A stretch of DNA of 64,000 nucleotides from Candidatus Levyibacteriota bacterium (GTDB lineage: Bacteria; Patescibacteriota; Microgenomatia; Levybacterales; UBA12049): the NCBI GenBank assembly GCA_027334565.1, contig DAHWUP010000002.1, forward strand, positions 13,203-77,202, read 5' to 3'. The translations under genes and the position numbers were made by a program. Shown piece after piece: positions 1-9,547 of this stretch (positions within the stretch are counted from its first letter, which is position 1; each line of letters starts with the position of its first letter). The notes below the pieces were generated by a model. The model searched no databases, was not told where the DNA came from, and saw only the letters and a program-made list of their open reading frames with translations.

Positions 1-1
1 A

Positions 2-139
2 ACGCTTTCCGACGTTTCCAAAGTCGAAAGAGAAAGGCATTTGGAAGGCAAAAAATTAATTATTTTGATTGCGCCGGAGAAAAAACACGGAGAAACGCAA
101 ACAGACGAGGAGACAAACAATGTCGAAGAAAAAAATTAA
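2..139 (+). CDS. infC: Translation initiation factor IF-3, C-terminal fragment (gene starts upstream of window)
   Basis: Frame 2 is open from the window edge to TAA at 137-139. Its translation (...KVEREGRHLEGKKLIILIAPEKK...) matches the IF3 C-terminal domain motif (EGR.M.M.LAPK). It sits immediately upstream of rpmI-rplT as in the canonical infC-rpmI-rplT operon. Confidence 0.5.
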   Translation, partial: TLSDVSKVERERHLEGKKLIILIAPEKKHGETQTDEETNNVEEKN

Positions 140-317
140 AAAATCTGTATCAAAAAGGTTCAAGGTTACCAGAACGGGGAAGGTATTGTATAGTCATCAA
201 TATGGGAGCCATAAAAAACTTAATAAAACTAAAGCCAGATTGAGAAGGCAGAAGGAGCCGGCCGTACTTAAGGGTAAATTCGCTAAAAAGGTAAAAAAAA
301 TGCTGGGTAAGGACTAA
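120..317 (+). CDS. rpmI: 50S ribosomal protein L35
   Basis: MSKKKIKKSVSKRFKVTRTGKV... is a basic 65-aa protein with the L35 signature (KRFKVT.TGK). Listed ORF 69..317 probably over-extends; ATG at 120 gives canonical length. Confidence 0.85.
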   Translation: MSKKKIKKSVSKRFKVTRTGKVLYSHQYGSHKKLNKTKARLRRQKEPAVLKGKFAKKVKKMLGKD

Positions 318-494
318 TAAGCTAAAATATGAAAATCAGGAACATTAATTTTAGGCAATCCAAATCCGAAAGAAGCGGAGAAAGATCTTATTCTAATTTT
401 AGAAAAGAAATGGTAAGGAAATTCAAACTGGAAACCGTCAAAGAAAAATTTAATTTCAGTAAAGCTTTCGGTTTTAAAAAAGGGAATATCAACG

Positions 495-839
495 ATGGCA
501 AGAATTAAACGGGGAACCGTTTCAAGAAAAAGACATAATAAATTGGCAAGTCTCACCAAGGGATACCGCGGGACTAAAAGTAGGCTGGTCAAAAAACAGC
601 ACGAAACTATTTTGCACGCCGGGGCATATGCGTTTCATGGCAGAAAGTTGCGCAAAAGGGACATACGAGGCCTCTGGATCGTGAGAATTTCGGAAGCCTG
701 CAAAAAAGAAGGGACGTCATACAGCAAATTCATCAAAGGACTGAAAAAAGCCAACATAGAATTGGACAGAAAGATATTGGCTGATTTGGTGGTTAATGAT
801 CCCGAAACTTTCAAACAGATTGTTGCATCGGCAAAATAG
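495..839 (+). CDS. rplT: 50S ribosomal protein L20
   Basis: MARIKRGTVSRKRHNKLASLTKGYRG...RKLRKRDIRGLWIVRI...YSKFIKGLKKANIELDRKILADL is near-identical in pattern to bacterial L20. Confidence 0.95.
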   Translation: MARIKRGTVSRKRHNKLASLTKGYRGTKSRLVKKQHETILHAGAYAFHGRKLRKRDIRGLWIVRISEACKKEGTSYSKFIKGLKKANIELDRKILADLVVNDPETFKQIVASAK

Positions 840-859
840 CCCCAAATTATCCTATAATA

Positions 860-887
860 TTGACATATCCGAATTTTACTATATAAT
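860..887 (+). promoter_or_regulatory. Sigma70-like promoter (TTGACA-N16-TATAAT) ending 6 nt before ATG of 894 gene; leaderless transcript likely
   Basis: ttgaca at 860-865, tataat at 882-887, then gcgagc, then ATG at 894. No Shine-Dalgarno sequence. Confidence 0.5.
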
Positions 888-893
888 GCGAGC

Positions 894-1571
894 ATGGAAA
901 AAAGGGAAAGATCACCCGTTCAAGAACTGGAATTACCTCATGTTGATGCTTTGATTGTATTGGGAAGGAATTTCCAGCCGGGATTTAACAGGAAAACCTT
1001 AGCCGAGCAAAGATTTAACTTAAGCCCGGGATCAAGGATCAACGATCTTCCTGCAGGATTATTATTAAAGGCAGGGTTGACGGATACTCTGATTATTTCG
1101 ACCGGCCATACCGCCGGTACAAACGTGCGCTCGGAAGCTAAGGCCATGAAAGACCATATTCAGGGAATATTCAAAAATATACCTGACAGCTCATTTATTT
1201 TGGAGGAAACTTCAATCGACACGGAAGGCAATGCCAGGGAGGTTAAAAAAATTATCGATGCGCATCCGGAATTACAAACATTCGGCTTACTTACAGACAG
1301 CAGTCATATGGAAAGAGCTGTACGGCTTTTCAAAAAAGCCGGAATATCGGTAATACCGTTTGATGCCCTGGCAATCATGCGAAATATGCGACCAACCTTA
1401 ATAGAACATTATTTAAAATCTGAGGTTTACCGTAAAACGGAAAAACAAGAAAGAAATGCGCGAATAGTACAAACTTTACCTGTTTTACATCCTTTAACCT
1501 CAAGGGTTTTGCATCAGGTTGCTCTTCGAACCAGAAATCCTAACACTTACAATCCGTATTATAAACGCTAG
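894..1571 (+). CDS. DUF218 / YdcF(ElyC/SanA)-like domain protein
   Basis: Contains the S-x-DTxxNA motif of DUF218 (SIDTEGNA) and a VLG core typical of the YdcF family. Confidence 0.65.
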   Translation: MEKRERSPVQELELPHVDALIVLGRNFQPGFNRKTLAEQRFNLSPGSRINDLPAGLLLKAGLTDTLIISTGHTAGTNVRSEAKAMKDHIQGIFKNIPDSSFILEETSIDTEGNAREVKKIIDAHPELQTFGLLTDSSHMERAVRLFKKAGISVIPFDALAIMRNMRPTLIEHYLKSEVYRKTEKQERNARIVQTLPVLHPLTSRVLHQVALRTRNPNTYNPYYKR

Positions 1572-1607
1572 TTTCGGTTATACTTGTTTTTAAATCTAAA
1601 AACGCAC

Positions 1608-2060
1608 ATGAAAACGATTCTGTTTACCGATTACGGTTATAAACAATTAAAAGCCAAGCTGGATACCGAAATGAATAAAAGACCCGGCGCCGTAATAGCC
1701 CTGCAAAAAGGAAGGGATATGGGCGATTTATCGGAAAACGGTTTATATAAAGCTGCAAAAATGGAACTTAGCAATATCGATAGACAGATAAGATATCTTA
1801 AACACCTGCTTAAATACGGCAAGCCAACTGCGCCTAAAGACAATTCAACCATTCAGTTTGGGCATTTCGTTACGATCGAAGACAAAACGGGACGAAAGAC
1901 ATATCAAATAGTGGGCGAATACGAAGCCAATCCCGGTGATTATAAAATATCTTTTATATCACCCCTTGGCAAGAACCTATTGGGAAAAGGAATAGGAAAC
2001 AAAATTCATCTTAAGACCATAAGAGGCATGAACGAATATTTAATCATTAAAATCGCTTAA
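1608..2060 (+). CDS. greA: Transcription elongation factor GreA
   Basis: GDLSENGLYKAAK matches the GreA/GreB acidic-finger motif (GDLSENAEY.AAK). About 150 aa with a C-terminal FKBP-like domain. Start taken at MKTIL (1608) rather than ORF-track 1584. Confidence 0.8.
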   Translation: MKTILFTDYGYKQLKAKLDTEMNKRPGAVIALQKGRDMGDLSENGLYKAAKMELSNIDRQIRYLKHLLKYGKPTAPKDNSTIQFGHFVTIEDKTGRKTYQIVGEYEANPGDYKISFISPLGKNLLGKGIGNKIHLKTIRGMNEYLIIKIA

Positions 2061-3220
2061 AGATCAAAGCCGAGAACTTTCAAAAATTCCCTGGTTTTGA
2101 CCGGATCGCTTTTCCCGATATTTTCATAGATCTCTTTCAGTACGGACGGTGTATCTAAATCCTCCTCGAGTAACGCCAGCAGCTTATAAGTCGGATCAAA
2201 CCGGCGTGTCTTTCCCGATCTTATCCATTGCAAAATATCTTTAAATTTTTTGTCGGCATTGTTCATTGCCTTTTCCGTATATTCCCAGTCATTTCGATAG
2301 TGGTTTGACAAAAGCATAAAACGGATCGAATTCGCGGAAAATTTTTCCTTCAAATCCGAAATCATCACCAAGTTTCCCAACGATTTGGACATCTTTTCAC
2401 CTTTGTACGAAACTTGTCCGGTATGCATCCAATACTTTGCAAAAGGAATTTTTCCTGTGGCTTTTTCCGATTGCGCTATTTCCGCTTCATGGTGTGGGTA
2501 AATAAGATCTTTTCCCCCGCCGTGAATATCAATTTGTTCGCCCAAAGAACTTACCGCCATAGCCGAACATTCGATATGCCACCCGGGTCTCCCCTTACCG
2601 AAAGGACTGCTAAAAGCAGGTATATGTTTGGGTTGATCGTCTTCTGTTTTCCTCCAAAGTGTGATGTCAAGGGGGTTGTGTTTATCCTTGTTGTCGATAT
2701 CCTCTTCAAAATCACGCGCTATTTTCAGCATGTCCTCTTCGTGTAATCCGGATAGTTTTCCGTAGTCTTTGTCCTTTTTAACGTCGAGATAAACATTTCC
2801 GTCGTAAATATAAGCCGACTTATTATCAAGAAGTTTTTCGATAAGAACGACCATCATCGGAATTTGTTCGGAAGCAAAAAGATAATGGTCGGGTTTTAAC
2901 CAATTTAGAAAGTTCATATCATTAAGGAATTTTCTTGTCCAAAAGGAGGATAAGTTTTCCCAGGAAACGTTTTGTTCTTTCGCCCGTTTTAAGATATCAT
3001 TATCCCTGTCGTTTATGTCGGTTACGTTTTGCGAGTAATCAACCCGGTAGCCTTTATACTTAAAAAATCTTATAAGTGCGTCAAATGAAATATATGTGAA
3101 GGCATGACCCAGGTGGGTCGTGTCGTATGGTGTGATACCGCAAACATAAATTGTTACGGTCTTATCTTTCAGTGTTTCAAAATACTGAATGTTTTTGGTC
3201 AAAGTATTATAAATTTTCAT
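2057..3220 (-). CDS. cysS: Cysteinyl-tRNA synthetase catalytic core (class I; lacks C-terminal anticodon-binding domain) or MshC-like cysteine ligase
   Basis: Carries HIGH-type GITPYDTTHLGHA, KMSKS (KMSKSLGN) and the Zn/Cys-binding GWHIEC motif of CysRS. Collinear with E. coli CysRS residues 1-380 but ends about 80 aa early. Confidence 0.8.
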   Translation of the reverse strand: MKIYNTLTKNIQYFETLKDKTVTIYVCGITPYDTTHLGHAFTYISFDALIRFFKYKGYRVDYSQNVTDINDRDNDILKRAKEQNVSWENLSSFWTRKFLNDMNFLNWLKPDHYLFASEQIPMMVVLIEKLLDNKSAYIYDGNVYLDVKKDKDYGKLSGLHEEDMLKIARDFEEDIDNKDKHNPLDITLWRKTEDDQPKHIPAFSSPFGKGRPGWHIECSAMAVSSLGEQIDIHGGGKDLIYPHHEAEIAQSEKATGKIPFAKYWMHTGQVSYKGEKMSKSLGNLVMISDLKEKFSANSIRFMLLSNHYRNDWEYTEKAMNNADKKFKDILQWIRSGKTRRFDPTYKLLALLEEDLDTPSVLKEIYENIGKSDPVKTREFLKVLGFDL

Positions 3221-3272
3221 AAGAAGTAAATCATACTATATTTTAAGTGAATAGTGTATAATCCAAAAACAC

Positions 3273-3977
3273 ATGAAAACGCTTTTAATCTTTGCGCATC
3301 CCGACGATGAAACCTTTTCAAGCGGAGGGACAATAGCAAAATTAACATCTAAAGGTAATGTAGTAAATTTAATCACAGCCACCAAAGGCGAGGCAGGACA
3401 GGTTGGCGATCCACCGGTTACCGACAGGAAGCATATTGCTAAAGTACGGGAACAGGAGTTAAGAAATGCCGCCAAAATCCTGGGAATTTCAAAGATCCAT
3501 TTTTTGGGGCTAATTGACGGAACCCTACATAAAGTCAAAACCGAAGCGATAGTAAAAAAAGTTTTGCCGATTCTCAAACAGGAAAAGCCTGACGTGATTA
3601 TCACTTTCGATTCAACCGGCGCTTCAAACCATCCGGATCATATCGCAATGAGTAAAGCAGCGACCATAGCTTTCAACCGATACGCGGTTTCCGTTAAAAA
3701 ACACATCAGACTGTATCATACTGCCATTCCGCTTTCAAACCTAAAGAAACTTGAAAAAACCGGTATGTCGTACAACGCTTTCGGAAAAATGAAAGGAGTC
3801 TCGGATGAACTGATAACCACCAAATCCGACATTTCCAAACAATTTAGAAAAAAAGTTAAAGCTTTAAAGCAACACCGAACGCAGCACAAGGATTGGGAAA
3901 GATTTTTAAAAAGAGAATTTGCTGTTGATTTGAACAAAGAATATTTTACCCTAATCTCCGAGAACGAAATCGGCTAA
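3273..3977 (+). CDS. PIG-L/LmbE family N-acetylglucosaminyl deacetylase (BshB/MshB-like)
   Basis: N-terminal AHPDDE motif and downstream HPDH (NHPDHIAMS) are diagnostic of LmbE-like Zn deacetylases. Confidence 0.8.
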   Translation: MKTLLIFAHPDDETFSSGGTIAKLTSKGNVVNLITATKGEAGQVGDPPVTDRKHIAKVREQELRNAAKILGISKIHFLGLIDGTLHKVKTEAIVKKVLPILKQEKPDVIITFDSTGASNHPDHIAMSKAATIAFNRYAVSVKKHIRLYHTAIPLSNLKKLEKTGMSYNAFGKMKGVSDELITTKSDISKQFRKKVKALKQHRTQHKDWERFLKREFAVDLNKEYFTLISENEIG

Positions 3978-4021
3978 TTGAAACTCCCAATTTAGTCCGG
4001 TTTTTGCTATCATAATAGACA

Positions 4022-5056
4022 ATGGATGAAGAACTGATAGGAATTAAAAACACGGCCTTATCGCTCATTTTGGAATCCGAAGACCTTGAAAGTTTGGAGG
4101 AAACCAAACTACAATTTTTGGGCAGGAACGGGAAACTGACCCTGGCGTTAAAAAAAATTACCGAAGTCCCGGTCGATGAAAGAAAGGAATTCGGAATTTT
4201 GGCGAATGAAGTAAAACAAGCCATCGAAGAAGCGATACAATCACAAAGTAATAAACTAAGTAAACGCAAGCTAACCCGGGTAATTGAAAAGATAGATGTT
4301 ACAAATCCGGGTATAAAACCCGCCTTGGGTCACTTGCACCTGGTGACCCAGGCGATCGAAGAAATAACCGCCGTTTTTGCCAAGATCGGTTTTGAAAGAG
4401 TAAGGTATCCGGAAATAGAATGGGATTGGTATGCTTTTACAGCGCTAAATTTTCCTCAAAATCATCCGGCAAGAGACGAATGGGAGACATTCTTTATCGA
4501 TACCCCCCCGGATCCCGAAAAAGGCAAAATGGTTTTAACTCCGCATACTTCTTCGGGACAGATCCGTGAGATGGAGAAGAGTAAGCCACCGATAAGAATG
4601 TTAAACATCGCCAAATGTTATCGAAGACAATCGGACATCTCTCACACTCCGATGTTTCACCAATTTGAGGGCCTGGTCATAGACCAAAACATCTCCATTA
4701 CCCATCTTAAAGGCACGCTTGATTATTTTGCCAAAAGTTATTTCGGACCTAAACGCATATCAAGGATAAGGCCGTATCATTTCCAATTCACAGAACCCTC
4801 GTTTGAAGTCGATGTGACCTGCGGAGTCTGTCTTGGTAAAGGTTGTAAACTGTGTAAGGATGGATGGCTTGAAATGGGAGGCGCGGGAATGGTCCACCCG
4901 AACGTTTTGATAGCGGGAGGAATCGATCCGAAACAATATTCGGGATTCGCTTTCGGATGGGGGGTTGAACGGGTTTTAATGATGAAAGAAGGCATGCAAA
5001 TAGACGACCTAAGACTTTTATATTCTAACGATTTAAGATTTTTGAAACAATTTTAA
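4022..5056 (+). CDS. pheS: Phenylalanyl-tRNA synthetase alpha subunit
   Basis: FPQNHPARDEWETFF and GFAFGWGVERVLMM are class II motif 2/3 regions characteristic of PheS. Confidence 0.95.
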   Translation: MDEELIGIKNTALSLILESEDLESLEETKLQFLGRNGKLTLALKKITEVPVDERKEFGILANEVKQAIEEAIQSQSNKLSKRKLTRVIEKIDVTNPGIKPALGHLHLVTQAIEEITAVFAKIGFERVRYPEIEWDWYAFTALNFPQNHPARDEWETFFIDTPPDPEKGKMVLTPHTSSGQIREMEKSKPPIRMLNIAKCYRRQSDISHTPMFHQFEGLVIDQNISITHLKGTLDYFAKSYFGPKRISRIRPYHFQFTEPSFEVDVTCGVCLGKGCKLCKDGWLEMGGAGMVHPNVLIAGGIDPKQYSGFAFGWGVERVLMMKEGMQIDDLRLLYSNDLRFLKQF

Positions 5057-5086
5057 AAATAAATAAACAATTAAACGCTTAAAACA

Positions 5087-7036
5087 ATGAATATCAAAAT
5101 TTTAGACAGCTGGTTAAGAGACTACCTTAAAACCGAAGCCTCGCCTCAAAAAATCGGCGAGCTGCTTTCCTTATCCAGTGTTTCGATCGAGAGAATTGAA
5201 AACTACGGTAATGACTATATTTACGATATCGAGGTAACCACCAACCGGCCAGACCTGATGAGTATCACGGGAATTGCCAGGGAAGCGGCGGCGATACTTC
5301 CCAGATTTGGTATTAAAGCTGAATTTTTACCTCCCAAAATCCCCAAAGTCTTTCCGGGGGAAAACTTATCGATAAAAATTATCAACGATCCAAAACTGGT
5401 CAACAGGGTATTGGCAGTTTCGATGGATGTAAAAATCAACCCCTCGCCCAAGATCGTGAGAGAACGCCTGGAAACAAGCGGTATCAGGAGTCTGAATAAC
5501 GTCATCGACGTCACCAATTACGTAATGCGAATCGTAGGACACCCCGCGCATGTTTTCGATCTGGACAGACTGAATTCAAAAGAGTTGATTATCCGGGAAG
5601 CAAAGAAAGAGGAACAGATAGAAACCTTGGATAACAAAATTTATTCGCTTAAGGGCGGAGAAATCGTAGCGGAGAACGATAAGGGCGAAGTCGTCGATTT
5701 ATTGGGAATCATGGGTCTTGCCAATAGCGTCGTTACCGACGAAACTCAACGCATCCTTTTTTTCATTGATAACAATGATCCTTATCGTATTCGCAAAACG
5801 TCGATGGATATGGGCATAAGAACCGAAGCGGCCACCATAAACGAAAAGGGGATCGATCCGGAAATAGCCCTTGAGGCTTTAACCCTGGGTATTTCTTTAT
5901 TTGAAAAGTATGCACAAGCAAAAAATGTCTCTCAAATAGTTGATATTTATCCCAATAAACCCGTGCAAAGGAAAATTACGGTTTCATTTGACCAAATTAG
6001 AAGAATCATCGGAGTAGATGTTGACGACAAACAGTGGACAGCCGCTCTTGGGATGATGGGTTTTATTACTAAAATCGAAAAGGGTGTATTTGAAATTTCC
6101 GTACCTTCTTTCAGACTTTCTGACATAAGAAATGAAGAAGATGTGATCGAGGAAATCGCCCGAATCTACGGTTACCATAAACTACCCAGTATTTTGCCAC
6201 CTTTAAGCCAGACCATAACCGCACGTTCTGCAATAGACCGTTTTTACTGGGAATCCAAGATAAAACAAGCAATGAAATACTGGGGTTTTACCGAATGTTA
6301 TACATATTCATTCGTTTCGGAAGAAATGTTTGACGGACCGATCGATAAAGCGTTGAAAATCGCCAATCCTTTGACCAATGACTACATCTATATGCGCAAT
6401 TCCTTGGTTCCAAGTCTTTTGCAGGTTATCAGTGACAATAAGCAGACAGAAGAAATGGCATTATTTGAAATATCCAATATTTATTTAAAAAGAGCCGGCG
6501 GTTTACCTAGGGAAAATCTTTCTTTCGCAGGTGTCTTAAAAAAGGAAAAAGCCGATTTTTTTAAATTAAAGGGGCTTATCGAACAGGTTTTAGCCGATAT
6601 CGGCGTAGAAACATTAACCTTTAAACCGTCCACAAAAGGCGGTTCGGGCGCATCGGTTTTTATCAAAAGCGAATATTTAGGCGAAATTGAATTACTCGAC
6701 ACCGACTTAGTTGATTTCGAACTTGATTTGGACCTGATATTGGAACACGCCAGCAATAAAAAAGTGTTTAAGCCGTTTGCGAAGTACCCGCCTATGGTCG
6801 AGGATTTAACACTAAACGTCAACGAAAGGATCAATACTCAGGAAATCATCGATCATGTTCTTAGACAAAGTAACCTGATCACTGCAGTTACTCTAAAGGA
6901 TACCTATAAAAATTCCAGGACTTTCCATATCATATTCCAGGATCTTGAGAAAAATTTGACCAAAAGTGACGTTACCAGGTTAAGGGGAAAAATCATTGCA
7001 TCTTTAGCCGAACGCTTTAAAGCAGACATCAAATAG
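5087..7036 (+). CDS. pheT: Phenylalanyl-tRNA synthetase beta subunit (short form, 649 aa)
   Basis: NRPDLMSITGIAREAAA and overall B3/4 plus B5 domain pattern. Follows pheS directly. Shorter than the typical ~800 aa, suggesting loss of N-terminal tRNA-binding extension. Confidence 0.9.
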   Translation: MNIKILDSWLRDYLKTEASPQKIGELLSLSSVSIERIENYGNDYIYDIEVTTNRPDLMSITGIAREAAAILPRFGIKAEFLPPKIPKVFPGENLSIKIINDPKLVNRVLAVSMDVKINPSPKIVRERLETSGIRSLNNVIDVTNYVMRIVGHPAHVFDLDRLNSKELIIREAKKEEQIETLDNKIYSLKGGEIVAENDKGEVVDLLGIMGLANSVVTDETQRILFFIDNNDPYRIRKTSMDMGIRTEAATINEKGIDPEIALEALTLGISLFEKYAQAKNVSQIVDIYPNKPVQRKITVSFDQIRRIIGVDVDDKQWTAALGMMGFITKIEKGVFEISVPSFRLSDIRNEEDVIEEIARIYGYHKLPSILPPLSQTITARSAIDRFYWESKIKQAMKYWGFTECYTYSFVSEEMFDGPIDKALKIANPLTNDYIYMRNSLVPSLLQVISDNKQTEEMALFEISNIYLKRAGGLPRENLSFAGVLKKEKADFFKLKGLIEQVLADIGVETLTFKPSTKGGSGASVFIKSEYLGEIELLDTDLVDFELDLDLILEHASNKKVFKPFAKYPPMVEDLTLNVNERINTQEIIDHVLRQSNLITAVTLKDTYKNSRTFHIIFQDLEKNLTKSDVTRLRGKIIASLAERFKADIK

Positions 7037-7037
7037 T

Positions 7038-9482
7038 TTAAGGGGTCGGCGTTGGTGTCTGGGTCGGCGTTGGTGTCTGGGTCGGCGTTGAACCTGAAGT
7101 CGGTGTCGGTGTCGGCGTGGTAGCGGATGAACTCGGATACTGGTAATCCGAGGTTTCGGTAGGCGGATAATACTCCGGATGATCGGCCGCATAGGTCTGC
7201 TTTATCCATGCGTCTATTCCATCCTGCCACCGGTTTTTGCCGTCCGTTGAAATCGGGTCATTTTCCTTAAACACGATGTAGTCTTTAACGGTATAATCTC
7301 CGTGGTCTATCTCGGCCTGATTGGCAAGTTTACCGCTTTGATGATTGGATAATTTGATTTTGGCATAAATCGGTGAAGGGGAGGTCGGCTCCGTACCTTT
7401 GATAAAGTACTCGCTTCTTGTCGGCTCTCCCGACACCGGCAGACCTCCACCATAAGCATCGATTAGCATTGCGATTACATCGTCAGGTTTTTGCGGCGGC
7501 TGGTCGGGTTTTCCCTTTAAAACAAAGCTAATGATCTTATTCCAGATGGGTGCAGCACCGGTGATTCCCGAAGCTACCTTGTTCATCGGGCTATTATCGT
7601 TATTTCCCACCCAGACGCCGACGACATATGACGGGGTATACCCGATGGTCCAGTTATCCCTGATATCGTTGGTGGTTCCGGTTTTCACGGATACGCTCGG
7701 ATGTCCGGCAACGACCAACTGGGAATATAAACCGAATTCGGCACTTCTGGCATTGTTATCAAGCAGGATATGGGAAATCAGGAAACTTACTTCCGGTGAA
7801 AATATCCGTTGCGGCTGGGGTGAATTATATTTATAGAGTACGTTACCTTTAGAATCGTCAACTTCAAGTATGCTTACCAAAGGCATTTTTTCTCCTCCGT
7901 TGGCAAATACCCCGTATGCCTCCATTTCATCGATCAACCGAACGTCCCTTCCGCCCAAAACCAGTGAATAACCGACGCTTTGCAAATTGGCCGGAGTCGG
8001 TTGCCAGTTTTCGATTCCCATGTCGTATGCGTTTTGCATGACATTCTTAATTCCCACCATCGCCAACATTTTTACCGCGGGAACGTTGATGGAATTTGCA
8101 AGAGCAAATCTTACCTGGATAGGACCCCGGTATTTGCCGTCGTAATTTACCGGTATGTAATCGGGTTCGCTGTCCGTCGCTTTAAAATTGGTCGCAACAT
8201 CCATCAAAAGGGTTGCAGCAGTGTACCCTCTGGTAAAAGCGGTAGCATACGTAATTGGCTTAAGCGACGATCCGGGCTGTCGATATGACAACGCTGCGTT
8301 GAAATTACCATCGTTCTTGGTATCAAAATAATCCTCGCTTCCCACCATTGCCAAAATTTGCCCCGTCTTAGGATCGGTAACCATTGCAGCTGCGTTGGTC
8401 AAATGAAATTCGTTTTTATCCTTGGCAACTTCGCTTTTGACGATTTGTTCCGCCTGTTGTTCGATATTATAATCTAAAGTTGTTTTAACCCGTAAGCCAC
8501 CGTTTTCAACCACCTGTTCACCGAACTGATTAATTAACTGCTGCTTAACGTAAAAAACAAAGTGTGGTGCCTTGATGCCGGTGTTGTTTTCCGAGAAAGT
8601 TGTATCCGCGATTTCTTTGTTCGCCGCATCAGCCTGCTTTTGCGTGATATATCCGTCTCTCACCATTGCGCTTAACACTTCCTGGGTTCTTTGCAGATAA
8701 TATTTGTTTCCGGAAAACGGCGAGTAGGTCGACGGGCTTTGCGGAAGACCGGCCAAAAATGCACATTGTGCCAAGTCGAGGTCTTTGACATCTTTACCAA
8801 AATAAGTCTGCGCCGCGGCCTCAACGCCAACCGCCGTCCCGCCATAAGGCACGTCATTTAGGTACATTTCGAGGATCTGGTCCTTCGAATATTTCCTGTC
8901 CACCTGGATCGATAAGATCAGTTCCTTTATTTTCCTCGGCAATGTCTGTTCGGACGTTAAAAGCACATTTTTTACCAGCTGCTGAGTCAATGTCGATCCT
9001 CCGGAAACTCCCCTAAGAAGGATAATATCGCGTATGGCTCTTAAATATCCGGTGATAGAAAATCCGCTGTTTTGATAAAAGGTTCTGTCCTCAATGGAGA
9101 TCGTCCCCTGTTGCAAGTACTTAGGTATATTATTTATAGTTACGTAAGAACGGTTCTGGTTTTGATAAACCGAATAAAGCAAAACACCGTTCCTGTCGTA
9201 GATACCGCTTGATTGGCTGGATTGCGCGGCAATTAACTTACCCGGGGCAGGCAAGTCCCTTCCGTACCAGACAAACAAAACTACGGTAAGTAAAATAATT
9301 CCGATCAAACCGAAAAAAGCCAGTTTTGCCAGCCTTTGGTATAAAACCAGTTTGGGTGTGCGGCTAAGATTACGATTAAGATTGCGGAAAGGATTATACC
9401 TTTTTGGAATGCTGGGAAGACTTAGGATGAAGTACTTACTCCTCCTTCGTGAAGTTCTGGCGTAATCGAGCATAAACAACAA
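7038..9482 (-). CDS. Class A penicillin-binding protein (PBP1A-type bifunctional transglycosylase/transpeptidase) with Thr-Pro-rich C-terminal tail
   Basis: N-terminal TM anchor, GT51 glycosyltransferase motifs (RTFYQNSGFS..., GGSTLTQQL), transpeptidase SxxK/SxN-type region. C-terminus is TPTPTPTSGSTPTQTPTPTQTPTPTP. Confidence 0.9.
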   Translation of the reverse strand: MLFMLDYARTSRRRSKYFILSLPSIPKRYNPFRNLNRNLSRTPKLVLYQRLAKLAFFGLIGIILLTVVLFVWYGRDLPAPGKLIAAQSSQSSGIYDRNGVLLYSVYQNQNRSYVTINNIPKYLQQGTISIEDRTFYQNSGFSITGYLRAIRDIILLRGVSGGSTLTQQLVKNVLLTSEQTLPRKIKELILSIQVDRKYSKDQILEMYLNDVPYGGTAVGVEAAAQTYFGKDVKDLDLAQCAFLAGLPQSPSTYSPFSGNKYYLQRTQEVLSAMVRDGYITQKQADAANKEIADTTFSENNTGIKAPHFVFYVKQQLINQFGEQVVENGGLRVKTTLDYNIEQQAEQIVKSEVAKDKNEFHLTNAAAMVTDPKTGQILAMVGSEDYFDTKNDGNFNAALSYRQPGSSLKPITYATAFTRGYTAATLLMDVATNFKATDSEPDYIPVNYDGKYRGPIQVRFALANSINVPAVKMLAMVGIKNVMQNAYDMGIENWQPTPANLQSVGYSLVLGGRDVRLIDEMEAYGVFANGGEKMPLVSILEVDDSKGNVLYKYNSPQPQRIFSPEVSFLISHILLDNNARSAEFGLYSQLVVAGHPSVSVKTGTTNDIRDNWTIGYTPSYVVGVWVGNNDNSPMNKVASGITGAAPIWNKIISFVLKGKPDQPPQKPDDVIAMLIDAYGGGLPVSGEPTRSEYFIKGTEPTSPSPIYAKIKLSNHQSGKLANQAEIDHGDYTVKDYIVFKENDPISTDGKNRWQDGIDAWIKQTYAADHPEYYPPTETSDYQYPSSSATTPTPTPTSGSTPTQTPTPTQTPTPTP
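7040..7105. repeat. Tandem ~21-bp repeat (gggtcggcgttggtgtctg x3, last partial) encoding the TP-rich tail of the PBP
   Basis: Direct reading: gggtcggcgttggtgtctgg gtcggcgttggtgtctgg gtcggcgttgaacc. Confidence 0.8.
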
Positions 9483-9547
9483 GTATTACCAATTTTACGC
9501 TTAATTAAAAAATATATCAACCGCTAAGACCTTGGTTCCCAATCTTT

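Noticed and set aside
1597-3280. Near-identical 17-mer aaaaac(g)cacatgaaaacg spanning the start codons of greA (1597-1616) and the PIG-L deacetylase gene (3262-3280)
   Set aside because: Both proteins begin MKT and sit in A-rich leaders. Too short and too coding-constrained to call a regulatory repeat, and no further copies were noticed.
6904-7230. ORFs 6904..7230 and 7004..7192 with PRHQRRPRHQRR repeats
   Set aside because: Generated by the 21-bp tandem DNA repeat read in a wrong frame/strand. They overlap the pheT 3' end and PBP 3' end.
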